Assembly (NCBI RefSeq): GCF_001735745.1
Contig: NZ_CP017260.1
Span: 2,670,001 to 2,702,000 of the forward strand
Source: Formosa sp. Hel1_33_131
Lineage (GTDB): Bacteria; Bacteroidota; Bacteroidia; Flavobacteriales; Flavobacteriaceae
DNA: 32,000 bases
Direction: 5' to 3'
This document shows, in pieces, positions 10,421-19,893 of this stretch. A program made the position numbers and the translations under genes. Below the pieces are notes generated by a model. That model saw only the letters and a list, made by a program, of their open reading frames with translations. It did no database searches and was not told the DNA's origin. The first letter of the stretch is position 1. Each line of letters begins with the position of its first letter.

Positions 10421-11149
10421 ATGCGAATTATACCTGCAATAGACCTGATAAACGGGCAATGTGTACGCCTGACCAAAGGCGATTATAGTACTAAAAAAGT
10501 CTATAATGAAAACCCTTTAGAGGTTGCTAAAATGTTTGAAGACGTCGGCATCGAACATCTACATGTGGTGGATTTGGATGGTGCCAAAGCACAGCACATC
10601 ATCAATCATAAAATTTTAGAATCCATCGCGACCAAAACAAATTTAAAGGTTGATTTTGGTGGGGGTTTAAAATCTGACAAAGATTTAAAAATCGCTTTTA
10701 ATTCTGGCGCACACCAGATCACAGGAGGAAGTATTGCTGTCAAAAATCCATCACAATTTTTAAACTGGTTAGAAACCTATGGTGCTGATAACATTATTTT
10801 AGGTGCGGATTGCTTGGATCAAAAAATTGCGATTCAAGGTTGGCAGGTGGAAAGTGACAAAGAAGTCCTCAGTTTTATAAAAGAGTTTGTTTCAAAAGGA
10901 ATTTCTTATGTGATCTGTACAGATATTTCCAAAGATGGGATGTTACAAGGACCTTCATTTGATTTATACGAAACGATTTTATCCACAGTGAATCCTGTAA
11001 AACTCATTGCTTCGGGAGGGATTTCAACTTTTGATGAGTTGCCAAAATTAGCTGATTTAGGCTGTGAAGGTGTCATTATTGGAAAAGCCATTTACGAAGG
11101 GAATATCAGTTTAAAACAATTAGAAACCTATCAACTCAATCGATCTTAA
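10421..11149 (+). CDS. hisA: ProFAR isomerase
   Basis: 242 aa with MRIIPAIDL..., GADNIILG and [11 protein letters not shown]. Position in the operon fits. Confidence 0.9.
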   Translation: MRIIPAIDLINGQCVRLTKGDYSTKKVYNENPLEVAKMFEDVGIEHLHVVDLDGAKAQHIINHKILESIATKTNLKVDFGGGLKSDKDLKIAFNSGAHQITGGSIAVKNPSQFLNWLETYGADNIILGADCLDQKIAIQGWQVESDKEVLSFIKEFVSKGISYVICTDISKDGMLQGPSFDLYETILSTVNPVKLIASGGISTFDELPKLADLGCEGVIIGKAIYEGNISLKQLETYQLNRS

Positions 11150-11151
11150 GT

Positions 11152-11907
11152 ATGTTAGCCAAACGAATTATTCCATGTTTAGATATCAAAAATGGACGCA
11201 CGGTCAAAGGAGTTAATTTTTTAAATCTTCGAGACGCTGGCGATCCAGTGGCTTTGGCAAAACAATATGCTGAAAACGGAGCGGATGAATTGGTGTTTTT
11301 AGATATTTCAGCAACGCTAGAATCACGCTCTACTACCATAGACATGGTTCGCAATGTGGCGGAACAAATAGACATTCCTTTTACTGTGGGTGGCGGGGTG
11401 AGTACCAAAGAAGGTGTTGAATTACTCTTAAAATCTGGGGCCGACAAGGTGGGGGTGAATTCAGCCGCCATCAAACGTCCAGAGCTGATTAACGAACTTT
11501 CAAAAGCCTTCGGAAACCAGTGTATTGTGGTGGCTATTGATGCAAAAAAAGTAGATGGTAAATGGTTGGTACATTTGGCAGGTGGAACGATCCCAACAGA
11601 TTTGGATTTATTTGAATGGGCCAAAGAAGTAGAAACCCGTGGTGCTGGTGAAATCTTATTTACCTCAATGAATAATGACGGCGTTAAAACAGGCTTTGCA
11701 AATGAAGCCTTGGCACAACTGTCAGAAACGGTCAATATTCCGATCATTGCTTCTGGAGGTGCAGGAACGATGCAGCATTTTGTGGAGGTTTTTAAAGAAG
11801 GAAAAGCAGATGCTGCCTTGGCAGCCAGTGTATTTCATTTCGGTGAAATTGCCATAAACGATTTAAAACAAGAATTACAAACAAATCAAATTAACATACG
11901 ACTCTAA
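11152..11907 (+). CDS. hisF: Imidazole glycerol phosphate synthase, cyclase subunit
   Basis: 251 aa with KRIIPCLDI..., DELVFLDI and [14 protein letters not shown]. Confidence 0.92.
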   Translation: MLAKRIIPCLDIKNGRTVKGVNFLNLRDAGDPVALAKQYAENGADELVFLDISATLESRSTTIDMVRNVAEQIDIPFTVGGGVSTKEGVELLLKSGADKVGVNSAAIKRPELINELSKAFGNQCIVVAIDAKKVDGKWLVHLAGGTIPTDLDLFEWAKEVETRGAGEILFTSMNNDGVKTGFANEALAQLSETVNIPIIASGGAGTMQHFVEVFKEGKADAALAASVFHFGEIAINDLKQELQTNQINIRL

Positions 11908-12497
11908 TGGACATCAAGTATAACAGTGACGGATTAATTCCTGCAATCATTCAAGACGCAACAACGAAAACCGTTTTAATGCTCGGCTATATGAATGCGG
12001 AAGCGGTTGCAAAGACTTTGGAAACTAATAAGGTGACTTTTTTTAGTCGCAGTAAACAACGCCTGTGGACAAAAGGGGAGGAGAGTGGGAATTTTCTAAG
12101 CTTCAAAAGTTTACAGAATGATTGTGATAACGACACATTATTGATCCAAGCAACGCCCCAAGGTTCTACCTGTCACAAAGGAACTGATACTTGTTGGGGC
12201 GAATCCAATACAGAATCTTATGGGTTTTTATCGGAACTCGAAACGATCATCACGGAACGGAAAGAGAATGCTTCCTCAGAAACTTCCTATGTCTCTGAGT
12301 TGTTTGAAAAAGGTCTTAATAAAATAGCTCAAAAAGTAGGCGAGGAGGCGGTTGAAGTTGTGATTGAAGCCAAAGATGACAACGATGATTTGTTTTTAAA
12401 TGAGAGTGCTGATTTGTTATTTCATTACTTAATTTTATTGCAAGCAAAAGGGTTCAAACTCGATGCGGTCATTGACGTTCTAAAATCCAGACATTAA
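11907..12497 (+). CDS. hisIE: Bifunctional phosphoribosyl-AMP cyclohydrolase / phosphoribosyl-ATP pyrophosphatase
   Basis: 196-aa fusion. The N-terminal part carries FFSRSKQRLWTKGEESGN. The C-terminal part carries EEAVEVVIEAK...ADLLFHYLILL. Its ATG overlaps the hisF stop (TAATG, 11905-11909). Confidence 0.9.
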   Translation: MDIKYNSDGLIPAIIQDATTKTVLMLGYMNAEAVAKTLETNKVTFFSRSKQRLWTKGEESGNFLSFKSLQNDCDNDTLLIQATPQGSTCHKGTDTCWGESNTESYGFLSELETIITERKENASSETSYVSELFEKGLNKIAQKVGEEAVEVVIEAKDDNDDLFLNESADLLFHYLILLQAKGFKLDAVIDVLKSRH

Positions 12498-12533
12498 TTT
12501 TGTAACTCTTTATAAAATTACGACCTTGTAAAC

Positions 12534-13316
12534 ATGTTGCAAAAGCGTTATTTTTATGTAGTCAAGGTGCAATTTTTAGGGTACCGTTTTCATGGGTGGC
12601 AAAAACAGCCGAACACCAAAACAGTGCATCTGATGATCGATCGCACATTGAAGTTCATTCTGGAAGAACAAAAATTCAAAACACTAGGAGCGGGGCGCAC
12701 CGATGCGATGGTGTCTGCAAGTGAAGCTGCATTTGAATTGTTTTTAGATGGACAACCTTTAGAGGATTTAACAGCGTTTTTAGAACTGTTCAATCAAAAT
12801 CTTCCACAAGACATTCGCGCTTTAAGTATCAAAGAAGTGGATGCGAAATTTAACATCATTCAGGATTCAAAATTAAAAGAATACCATTATGTGTTTGCGC
12901 AGGGTGCAAAATTTCATCCGTTTGCGGCTCCGATTATGACTACCATTTTAGATTCTTTGGATATCGAATTGATGAAAAAAGGGGCACAGCTTTTTGAAGG
13001 ACAAAACAACTATAAAACCTATTGTTATAAACCCACGAATGAAGGGGTGTATGATCGAGAACTCATCTGTTGTGAGCTTATAGAAAACACCTTATATACG
13101 GCCAGTTTTTTTCCAGAGAAAAGTTATGTTTTAAAAGTGATTGGAAAGGGATTTGGGCGTCATCAAATACGATTGATGATGGGGGCTTTGATTAAATTAG
13201 GACGTGGCGAGATTGATTTGGAGTATATAAAAAACAGTTTAAAACCCAAGAGTCAAGAGGTGATGGATTATATCGCGCCCGCTTCGGGTTTGATTTTACA
13301 TAAGATTGAATTTTAA
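12534..13316 (+). CDS. truA: TruA-family tRNA pseudouridine synthase
   Basis: 260 aa with YRFHGWQKQP and the catalytic-Asp motif LGAGRTDAMVSA. Confidence 0.78.
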   Translation: MLQKRYFYVVKVQFLGYRFHGWQKQPNTKTVHLMIDRTLKFILEEQKFKTLGAGRTDAMVSASEAAFELFLDGQPLEDLTAFLELFNQNLPQDIRALSIKEVDAKFNIIQDSKLKEYHYVFAQGAKFHPFAAPIMTTILDSLDIELMKKGAQLFEGQNNYKTYCYKPTNEGVYDRELICCELIENTLYTASFFPEKSYVLKVIGKGFGRHQIRLMMGALIKLGRGEIDLEYIKNSLKPKSQEVMDYIAPASGLILHKIEF

Positions 13317-13327
13317 AAATATAAGAC

Positions 13328-13996
13328 ATGATCTCTAAAGATGTATTTAGTTTCTTAAAAATATTACAAAAAAACAATAATCGCGATTGGTTTCAAGAAC
13401 ATAAAGCGGCATTTAAAGAAGTTGAAATGGGAGTGAAGCAGTTTTATGCTCAATTATTTGAACAGCTAAATACGGTGGATTCTATTGATACGTTTAAAGT
13501 TTTTCGCATCTATAGAGATGTCCGATTTTCAAAAAACAAATTGCCCTACAAAATCCATTTTAGCGGCAGTTTTCATCGAACTAAACCAGAATTAAGAGGT
13601 GGGTATTATTTACATCTGGCGCCACAAAACGAGAGTTTTATTGCCACGGGGTTTTGGGATCCGAATAAAGAAGATCTTCTTAGAATCCGGAAAGAGTTTG
13701 AAACGGATTCAGAAGAAATTCGTGCGTTGATGGAAGCTCCGAAATTTAAAAGCGTTTGGGGAAGAATGCAAGGAGATGAACTAAAATCAGCTCCGAGAGG
13801 GTTTGACAAGTTGGATCCAAACATTGATTTGATCCGAAGGAAGCAATTTATTTTTACTAAAAAATTCACGGATAAAGAAGTGCTTTCAAAGGGTTTTGAA
13901 CAACAGGTTATTGATGACTTTGAAGTCATTCGACCTTATTTTGACTATATGAGTTCTGTGTTGACTACTAATTTAAATGGGGAATCTACGCTGTAG
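13328..13996 (+). CDS. DUF2461 (TIGR02453-like) family protein, function unknown
   Basis: 222 aa. The pattern FLKILQKNNNRDWF... and YRDVRFSKNKLPYK matches my recollection of this family. Confidence 0.7.
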   Translation: MISKDVFSFLKILQKNNNRDWFQEHKAAFKEVEMGVKQFYAQLFEQLNTVDSIDTFKVFRIYRDVRFSKNKLPYKIHFSGSFHRTKPELRGGYYLHLAPQNESFIATGFWDPNKEDLLRIRKEFETDSEEIRALMEAPKFKSVWGRMQGDELKSAPRGFDKLDPNIDLIRRKQFIFTKKFTDKEVLSKGFEQQVIDDFEVIRPYFDYMSSVLTTNLNGESTL

Positions 13997-14396
13997 GTCC
14001 CATTTCTGAGAGCAACTGAACATGACTGATAAGGCGTTCTTTAATAATACCCGTCATGCGCTTGTTTAAGGCGGATGCATTGGGGATGTACTGATTGTAT
14101 TCATCCACGGTAAACAATCCCACAATCATATCTTTTAGACTGTTTCTGAAGGTGCTATCTTTTGCAATGGCGTTTTCTATGTAGTTTACTTTTTTCTCTG
14201 TTGACAAGTCAAAAAATACGTTTTTATATTTGTTTGAGAAATTCAAAAAAGCGGCAAGCAATAGATCGTTTTGAAACTTGATAATAGGTCTTAAAACACT
14301 GTTTTGAAAGTATTCTTCAGAAGACATTTCTGATTTGATGGTGTTGGATATACGATCCAGACGGATGGCATTTAAACTTGAATCTCTAGACTGCAT
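13986..14396 (-). CDS. Hypothetical protein (136 aa)
   Basis: Clean ORF with no competing ORF. Tightly spaced (3 nt) downstream of the MscS gene on the same strand. No motif recognised. Confidence 0.5.
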   Translation of the reverse strand: MQSRDSSLNAIRLDRISNTIKSEMSSEEYFQNSVLRPIIKFQNDLLLAAFLNFSNKYKNVFFDLSTEKKVNYIENAIAKDSTFRNSLKDMIVGLFTVDEYNQYIPNASALNKRMTGIIKERLISHVQLLSEMGPTA

Positions 14397-14399
14397 TGG

Positions 14400-15644
14400 T
14401 TATTTTTTTAAAGAGGTAAACACAGGCGTTTCAGAAATTTCCAAATCAAAATCGTTGACGGATGCAATCATGTGATCAAAAATATCTGCAATGATAAACT
14501 CGTAATTTGCCCAGCGTTTATCACTGCTAAATGCATAGATTTCAATCGGTAAACCTTGAGCAGAGGGTTGGAGTTGACGAACCATAATCATCATCTCTTT
14601 ATTGATCGCAGAATGCTGTTCGATAAAGGTTTCCATATATTTTCTAAAAACCCCAATATTGGTCAGGTTTCTACCGTTGATCAAAAGCGATTTATCAACC
14701 GCATGGGTTTCGTTATAAGTATTGATGTCTTTTGAACGATTTAAAATATACTCCGAAATGAGTTGAATTTTAGATATTTTAAGAATATCGGCTTGCGTCA
14801 AATTTTTGATACTCTCCATACGAATGTTTAAAGAGCGCTTGATGCGTCTTCCTTTAGATTCGTCCATACCGCGCCAGTTTTTAAACGAATCGGAAATGAG
14901 TGCATAAGTGGGGATGGTGGTGATGGTATTATCAAAGTTTTGAACTTTTACGGTGGCTAGGTTGATTTCAATCACATCGCCATCGGCACCAAATTTCTCA
15001 AAAGAAATCCAGTCGCCAATTCGAACCATGTCGTTAATGGACACTTGAATACTGGCTACAAACCCTAGTATGGTATCTCTAAATATTAAAATAATAATGG
15101 CTGAAATGGTTCCTAATCCCGCAATAAATTCTAAAAATGAAATTCCAGACACTATGGCAACGGTAGCAAACACACCAGTAAGCCATACAAAAATCATAAA
15201 AACCTGTATGTAACTGTCAACAGGTTTATCTTTAAGGAAATTAAGGGTTTTTAAATAGATTTTTATGGAGTTGAGAATATTTCTTAAGCCCCAAATGGTG
15301 AGTGCAATCCCAACGACTAAAATTGTTTTTTCAATAAATCCTTGTAATTTTTCGAAATCATAAAATAAATTAGGAATGAGTTTGTAGGTAAGTATGAAAG
15401 GAACTATTTGCGCAATACTACTCGGAACTCTATTCGCCAACATGATATCATCAAAATCAGTTTTAGATTTGTTAGCGATTTTTGTAAAGGTCGCACGAAT
15501 AATTTTCTTCAGGATCAGATCAATGATATAGATGAGAATCGTTAATCCTATAAATAAAATCGTAATACTTAGATTTGTAGCAACATTAGCGGGCAAGCCC
15601 CAAGAGGTTAATAACTGTACTATTAATTCGATAATATGTTTCAT
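14400..15644 (-). CDS. Mechanosensitive ion channel (MscS family)
   Basis: 414 aa with several N-terminal TM helices. They are followed by the MscS-type segment ILGFVASIQVSINDMVRIGDWISFEKFGADGDVIEINLATVKVQNFDNTITTIPT. Confidence 0.85.
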   Translation of the reverse strand: MKHIIELIVQLLTSWGLPANVATNLSITILFIGLTILIYIIDLILKKIIRATFTKIANKSKTDFDDIMLANRVPSSIAQIVPFILTYKLIPNLFYDFEKLQGFIEKTILVVGIALTIWGLRNILNSIKIYLKTLNFLKDKPVDSYIQVFMIFVWLTGVFATVAIVSGISFLEFIAGLGTISAIIILIFRDTILGFVASIQVSINDMVRIGDWISFEKFGADGDVIEINLATVKVQNFDNTITTIPTYALISDSFKNWRGMDESKGRRIKRSLNIRMESIKNLTQADILKISKIQLISEYILNRSKDINTYNETHAVDKSLLINGRNLTNIGVFRKYMETFIEQHSAINKEMMIMVRQLQPSAQGLPIEIYAFSSDKRWANYEFIIADIFDHMIASVNDFDLEISETPVFTSLKK

Positions 15645-15925
15645 GCTAATTTTCTAAGTTTGTGTTCAACGATAAACGTTCCAAAAGGAACGATGGATGC
15701 TAGTGCAATTAAAATAAAATGTTTTTTGAACCATGGATTATCAAATCGGAGGACAATTACAAACGCGATATACGCCATGAATAGAAACCCGTGAGGCATT
15801 CCAAGCATTTTAACAAGTGTAACGTCATTGCCAAAATATTTTAACGGCACGCCCACAAATAGTAACAGTATATAGGATAAGCCTTCTAAAAAGGCAATGA
15901 TTCGAAATATGGTAAGTGTTTTCAT
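15641..15925 (-). CDS. Small integral membrane protein (DUF3817-like)
   Basis: 94 aa with three hydrophobic helices (FRIIAFLEGLSYILLLFVGVPLKY...). ATGA overlap with the MscS gene. Confidence 0.65.
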   Translation of the reverse strand: MKTLTIFRIIAFLEGLSYILLLFVGVPLKYFGNDVTLVKMLGMPHGFLFMAYIAFVIVLRFDNPWFKKHFILIALASIVPFGTFIVEHKLRKLA

Positions 15926-16014
15926 TTGTATGGTATATTAATGGTGCAAAATTAATGAAGTTTAAATGAATAGAGGGTATTGGATGTTGAAATTATCTAT
16001 TTTACATAATATAA

Positions 16015-16282
16015 ATTATAGAACATTTTACAGCAATTAGCGAAATAGCGCTTTTGGGCGATATTTGACATAATTGCAGATATAACGTCTTTAGACTTAT
16101 ATCGATAGTAATTATGTCAAGCTAATTGTGGCTTCGTAGTTGTATTTATTATTGTGTAGCTATAATTAGCCGTTATGTAAAATAGCCGCTACCAAGCGCT
16201 CGATTGTTTTATAAAATCAAATTGCTCTGGCAATTTATTTTACACACAATTATCCAACGCTTGCCAACGCCAAAATAAAAGC
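16015..16282. repeat. Non-coding repeat module R1, copy A (near-identical core)
   Basis: 16015-16263 aligns gap-free to 21846-22094 (offset 5831) with 3 substitutions by hand count (16168, 16196, 16207). The next ~20 bp carry 2 more substitutions and a 1-nt indel. No credible ORF. Confidence 0.93.
16034..16128. other. Nested inverted repeats forming a ~95-nt extended hairpin inside R1 (identical in copy B at 21865-21959)
   Basis: CAATTAGC (16034-16041) pairs with GCTAATTG (16121-16128). TTGACATAATT (16065-16075) pairs with AATTATGTCAA (16110-16120). GATATAA (16079-16085) pairs with TTATATC (16097-16103). GTC (16087-16089) pairs with GAC (16094-16096). Confidence 0.85.
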
Positions 16283-16787
16283 TAACCTTTTTGCTCCTAT
16301 TAAAATTCGCGTATTCGAAAAATGTACGTAATAAAAAATTTTAAGCGATTCTCGTAAGCTTGCCACAAGAGCATAAATTTTATGAAATCGAGTTTTTACG
16401 AGATTCACAAACTCAATTGAAGTTTTTGCAAATAATTAAATAAGTGAGTAAAAATAAAATTCTATGCACTTGTTATATTTAGTACTTCAATTAATCCTTT
16501 TTTTAATGATTCATTATCTTTTGTCTTGAAACAAAAGAAACAAAAATTCAAGGCTGCATAAACTTTTGGAAACAATTTACGGCTCATTCGCTATATTTTA
16601 GGAAACATTGTAACTCGTAAAGATTGCTTTAAAATCCCTTGTATAATTGTAACTCTTAAGAAACGGTAGTACTAAACCCCTAAAATATGGACGCTCACTT
16701 CACCTTATTGTTTAACCAAAATTTTATGAGGCCAAGTTTAACATGGAGATTCTATTTTACATAATAAAAATCTTTAAGTCTTTGAGA

Positions 16788-17201
16788 TTAAATTTTAAAA
16801 ACCTCTTGTGGTTGTTTAAAACTTTTAAATTCCAACATATATCCATTTGGGTCTTTAACAAAAAATGACAAATGTTCTCCAGATTTATTTTTTAAAAAAG
16901 TTGCTTGTGTTACTAATTCTAAATTCAGTTCATTAAGTTTAGAATACATTCTACCCCATTCTTCTACATTTAGAATAATCCCAAAATGAAAAGTAGGAAG
17001 AATTTTTCCCTCGAACACATAATTAGGATTATTGAAATTAAATTTAGCTGCTTGGGTAAATGTTATTTGATGTCCAAATAAGTTAATATCTACCCAGTTA
17101 TTAGAATGCCTTCCTAAAATTGCACCAACGGTTTCTATATAAAACCTTTTGGTTTCTTCAGCATTTGTGCATGGTAATGATAAGTGAAATAAAGTTTCCA
17201 T
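16788..17201 (-). CDS. VOC (glyoxalase/bleomycin-resistance/dioxygenase) family protein
   Basis: 137 aa. Size and pattern (HLSLPCTNAEETKRFY..., GEHLSFFVKDPNGYMLEF) fit the family. Last gene of the minus-strand operon. Family-level call only. Confidence 0.65.
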   Translation of the reverse strand: METLFHLSLPCTNAEETKRFYIETVGAILGRHSNNWVDINLFGHQITFTQAAKFNFNNPNYVFEGKILPTFHFGIILNVEEWGRMYSKLNELNLELVTQATFLKNKSGEHLSFFVKDPNGYMLEFKSFKQPQEVFKI

Positions 17202-17257
17202 ATTAATTTGCTTTAATTGGTTATAAGTAATCTTTATTCAAATAAAAAAATCTTGTA

Positions 17258-17671
17258 TTAATTTACTTGTTTTCTAAACTGGTCAAAATATAATGTTATT
17301 GCACTTCGGTCGTCTTTATCCAGGTATTCAAGTGCATCATACCAAGGAACCCACTGCACTTTTTTAAACTTATGAGGTTCTAATACTTCAATATTTTTTA
17401 TTGAAGTATTTGTTATAAAATAATGCTTATAGATTTCTTTTTTTTTAGTGTTATTATTCTTCCTTGATAGAAAATAAGTCAATTCTTTCTTTTTTAACCG
17501 CAACCCTATTTCCTCAAAAGTTTCTCTTATTAAGGATTTAATATCTGTTTCTTTTTTCTTTTTCACACCACCAGCAAGTGAAAACTTTTTCTTCTCACCT
17601 ATTTTTTCAAGAACAAGAATTTTGTCATTCTTTATGGCAATAAGCCTAGATTTATCAACTTTATCTATCAT
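17258..17671 (-). CDS. Nudix hydrolase
   Basis: 137 aa with a complete Nudix box (Gx5Ex7REUxEExGU): GVKKKKETDIKSLIRETFEEIGL. Confidence 0.85.
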   Translation of the reverse strand: MIDKVDKSRLIAIKNDKILVLEKIGEKKKFSLAGGVKKKKETDIKSLIRETFEEIGLRLKKKELTYFLSRKNNNTKKKEIYKHYFITNTSIKNIEVLEPHKFKKVQWVPWYDALEYLDKDDRSAITLYFDQFRKQVN

Positions 17672-17686
17672 GATTAATTCTTCAAT

Positions 17687-17977
17687 TTAATCTAAATCCT
17701 CTTCATTTAAAGTATCAATATCTACGTTATCATTAGTAGAATCAACATTCAAGTTATCATCTTCTTCATGTTCTTCCATAGCTTGAACTAATCGTTTTCC
17801 AACTTTTACTAAATAGACTGTATCTTCGGTTCTTACTTCAACAGCTTCTATGTATTCATTTTGTGCATTTCTAAATGCGATTATATCCTTGTCAGCATAT
17901 CCATCAGGGTATTTATCCACTAATAGGTTTAAAATGTCTTCATTCAACTTTTGATAATCTACAATTTTACGTATCAT
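17687..17977 (-). CDS. Small protein with highly acidic C-terminal tail, function unknown
   Basis: 96 aa with a C-terminal EEHEEDDNLNVDSTNDNVDIDTLNEEDLD. It lies 10 nt downstream of the DHS-like gene and 15 nt upstream of the Nudix gene, on the same strand. Confidence 0.55.
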   Translation of the reverse strand: MIRKIVDYQKLNEDILNLLVDKYPDGYADKDIIAFRNAQNEYIEAVEVRTEDTVYLVKVGKRLVQAMEEHEEDDNLNVDSTNDNVDIDTLNEEDLD

Positions 17978-17987
17978 TTTTTTAGTG

Positions 17988-18962
17988 TTACATGCCTAAC
18001 AAATAGGCAAAGATTAACGGAGCAACAATCGTAGCATCACTCTCTATTATAAATTTTGGTGTGTTAATATCTAATTTCCCCCAAGTTATTTTTTCATTCG
18101 GAACTGCTCCAGAATACGAACCATAACTTGTAGTAGAATCACTTATTTGGCAGAAATAACTCCAAAAAGGTGTATCAGTACGCTCCATATCTTGATATAG
18201 CATTGGTACTACACAAATTGGAAAATCTCCTGCTATTCCACCTCCTATTTGAAAGAAACCTATACCATTTTTAGAATTATCAGAATACCAATCTGCAAGA
18301 AAGGTCATATACTCAATTCCAGATTTCATAGTGCTTGCTTTAAGCTCTCCTTTTAGGACATAACTTGCAAAAATATTTCCCATAGTACTATCTTCCCATC
18401 CTGGACAAATTATAGGTAGATTTTTTTCTGCTGCTGCATACATCCATGAGTCTTTTAAATCTATTTCGTAGTATTCTTCTAAGACACCAGACAATAACAT
18501 TTTGTACATGTACTCATGTGGTAGATAGCGTTCTCCTTTATCTTCTGCTTCTTTCCATATTTTATAAATATGCTGTTGTAATCTTCTAAATGCTTCTTCT
18601 TCTGGAATGCAAGTATCTGTAACACGGTTAAGACCTTGTTCTAATAAATCCCATTCTTGCTTGGGTGTTAAATCTCGATAATTAGGAATTCGTTTATAAT
18701 GAGAATGTGCTACTAAATTCATGATATCCTCTTCTAAATTTGCTCCTGTACACGAGATAATTTGCACCTTATCTTGTCGTATCATTTCAGCAAAAATCTT
18801 TCCTATTTCTGCTGTACTCATTGCTCCTGCCAAAGACACTAACATCTTTGAACCTTTATCTAATTGCTCTTCATAAGATTTTGCTGCATCGACAACAGTT
18901 GCAGCATTGAAATGCAAATAATATGTTTCTATAAAGTCTGAAATTGCTCCTTTAGTAGTCAT
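17988..18962 (-). CDS. Deoxyhypusine synthase-like protein (candidate homospermidine synthase)
   Basis: 324 aa with a DHS-family pattern (SLAGAMSTAEIGK, GGGIAGDFPICVVPML, SYGSYSGAVPNEKITWGK). Overlaps the agmatinase gene by 11 nt. Confidence 0.8.
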   Translation of the reverse strand: MTTKGAISDFIETYYLHFNAATVVDAAKSYEEQLDKGSKMLVSLAGAMSTAEIGKIFAEMIRQDKVQIISCTGANLEEDIMNLVAHSHYKRIPNYRDLTPKQEWDLLEQGLNRVTDTCIPEEEAFRRLQQHIYKIWKEAEDKGERYLPHEYMYKMLLSGVLEEYYEIDLKDSWMYAAAEKNLPIICPGWEDSTMGNIFASYVLKGELKASTMKSGIEYMTFLADWYSDNSKNGIGFFQIGGGIAGDFPICVVPMLYQDMERTDTPFWSYFCQISDSTTSYGSYSGAVPNEKITWGKLDINTPKFIIESDATIVAPLIFAYLLGM

Positions 18963-19890
18963 CTTCTTCTTTGAATTTTGATAAATTATTAGTTAGTGGT
19001 TTATCGTTATAAGCATTGTCATAATCATCTTCTGTTTCATCATTTTGAAACTTATAACTTAACATTTTATAATACAGTTTTGCTGCAAGAAAATCTGAAG
19101 ATTTATCTATTTCATTAGGGCATAATTCAACAATATCAAAACCAACAACATTTTTTTCTGCAAATACTTGCTTTAGAAAATCCATAGTTTCATACCAAAG
19201 CAAACCTCCTGGTTCTGGTGTACCTGTACTTGGTAGTATTGAAGGGTCGAAAGCGTCTAAATCAAATGTTATAAATACATTATCTGTCATTTGGTCGATA
19301 GCAGAATCCATCCAAGAATCATCTATTGCCATGTCGTGCGCAAAATAGGTTTTATCCAAATTCATAACAGACTTCTCTTTTATGTCCATAGAACGAATAC
19401 CAACTTGAATTAAATTGGTGTTCTGACTGGCTTCATAAACTGCACAAGCATGATTACAAGAACTACCATCATAACTTTTTCGTAAATCTGCATGTGCATC
19501 TATATGCACCACTGTTAAGCTTGGAAACATCTCATTAAATGCTCTAATTGTTCCAATAGATATAGAATGTTCACCGCCAAAAACAGTTACAAATTTGTTC
19601 TTTTTTATATAGCTTTTAGTTTCCTGATGTACAGCATCTACCATAGCTTCTGGTGTAGCATTTACTTTTATAGGTTCAGTCAAGTAAACACCTTGTTTAT
19701 AAACTTCTGAATTGGTCTCAATATCGTAAAGCTCCATATTTTCAGAAGCTTCTAAAAAGGCTTTTGGTCCTTTGTCTGCACCTTTTTGCCATGTACTTGT
19801 TCCATCATATGGGACAGGAATTAATACAATCTTCGAATGCTCTAATTTTGCATATTCTTCTGATATTCCAGCGTAAGTTTTAGTTTCCAT
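18952..19890 (-). CDS. speB: Agmatinase (ureohydrolase family)
   Basis: 312 aa with Mn-site motifs GGEHSIS, VHIDAHADL and ITFDLDAFDPS. Sits between the arginine decarboxylase and DHS-like genes. Confidence 0.85.
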   Translation of the reverse strand: METKTYAGISEEYAKLEHSKIVLIPVPYDGTSTWQKGADKGPKAFLEASENMELYDIETNSEVYKQGVYLTEPIKVNATPEAMVDAVHQETKSYIKKNKFVTVFGGEHSISIGTIRAFNEMFPSLTVVHIDAHADLRKSYDGSSCNHACAVYEASQNTNLIQVGIRSMDIKEKSVMNLDKTYFAHDMAIDDSWMDSAIDQMTDNVFITFDLDAFDPSILPSTGTPEPGGLLWYETMDFLKQVFAEKNVVGFDIVELCPNEIDKSSDFLAAKLYYKMLSYKFQNDETEDDYDNAYNDKPLTNNLSKFKEEDDY

Positions 19891-19893
19891 TTT

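Noticed and set aside
11136-11747. 203-aa minus-strand ORF
   Set aside because: It lies entirely antisense to hisF, whose product has unmistakable cyclase-subunit motifs. Its sequence is low-complexity and Ser/Pro/Ala-rich, as expected for an antisense frame of a GC-richer gene.
13986-13996. 11-nt overlap of convergent gene ends (DUF2461 gene and the 136-aa gene)
   Set aside because: This is a trivial tail-to-tail overlap. No structure or extra signal was seen, so it is not considered biologically notable.
16015-16282. Repeat module as a MITE or small transposon
   Set aside because: The ends of the shared sequence are not inverted repeats of each other, and no target-site duplication flanks either copy. 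The homology decays gradually on one side rather than ending sharply.
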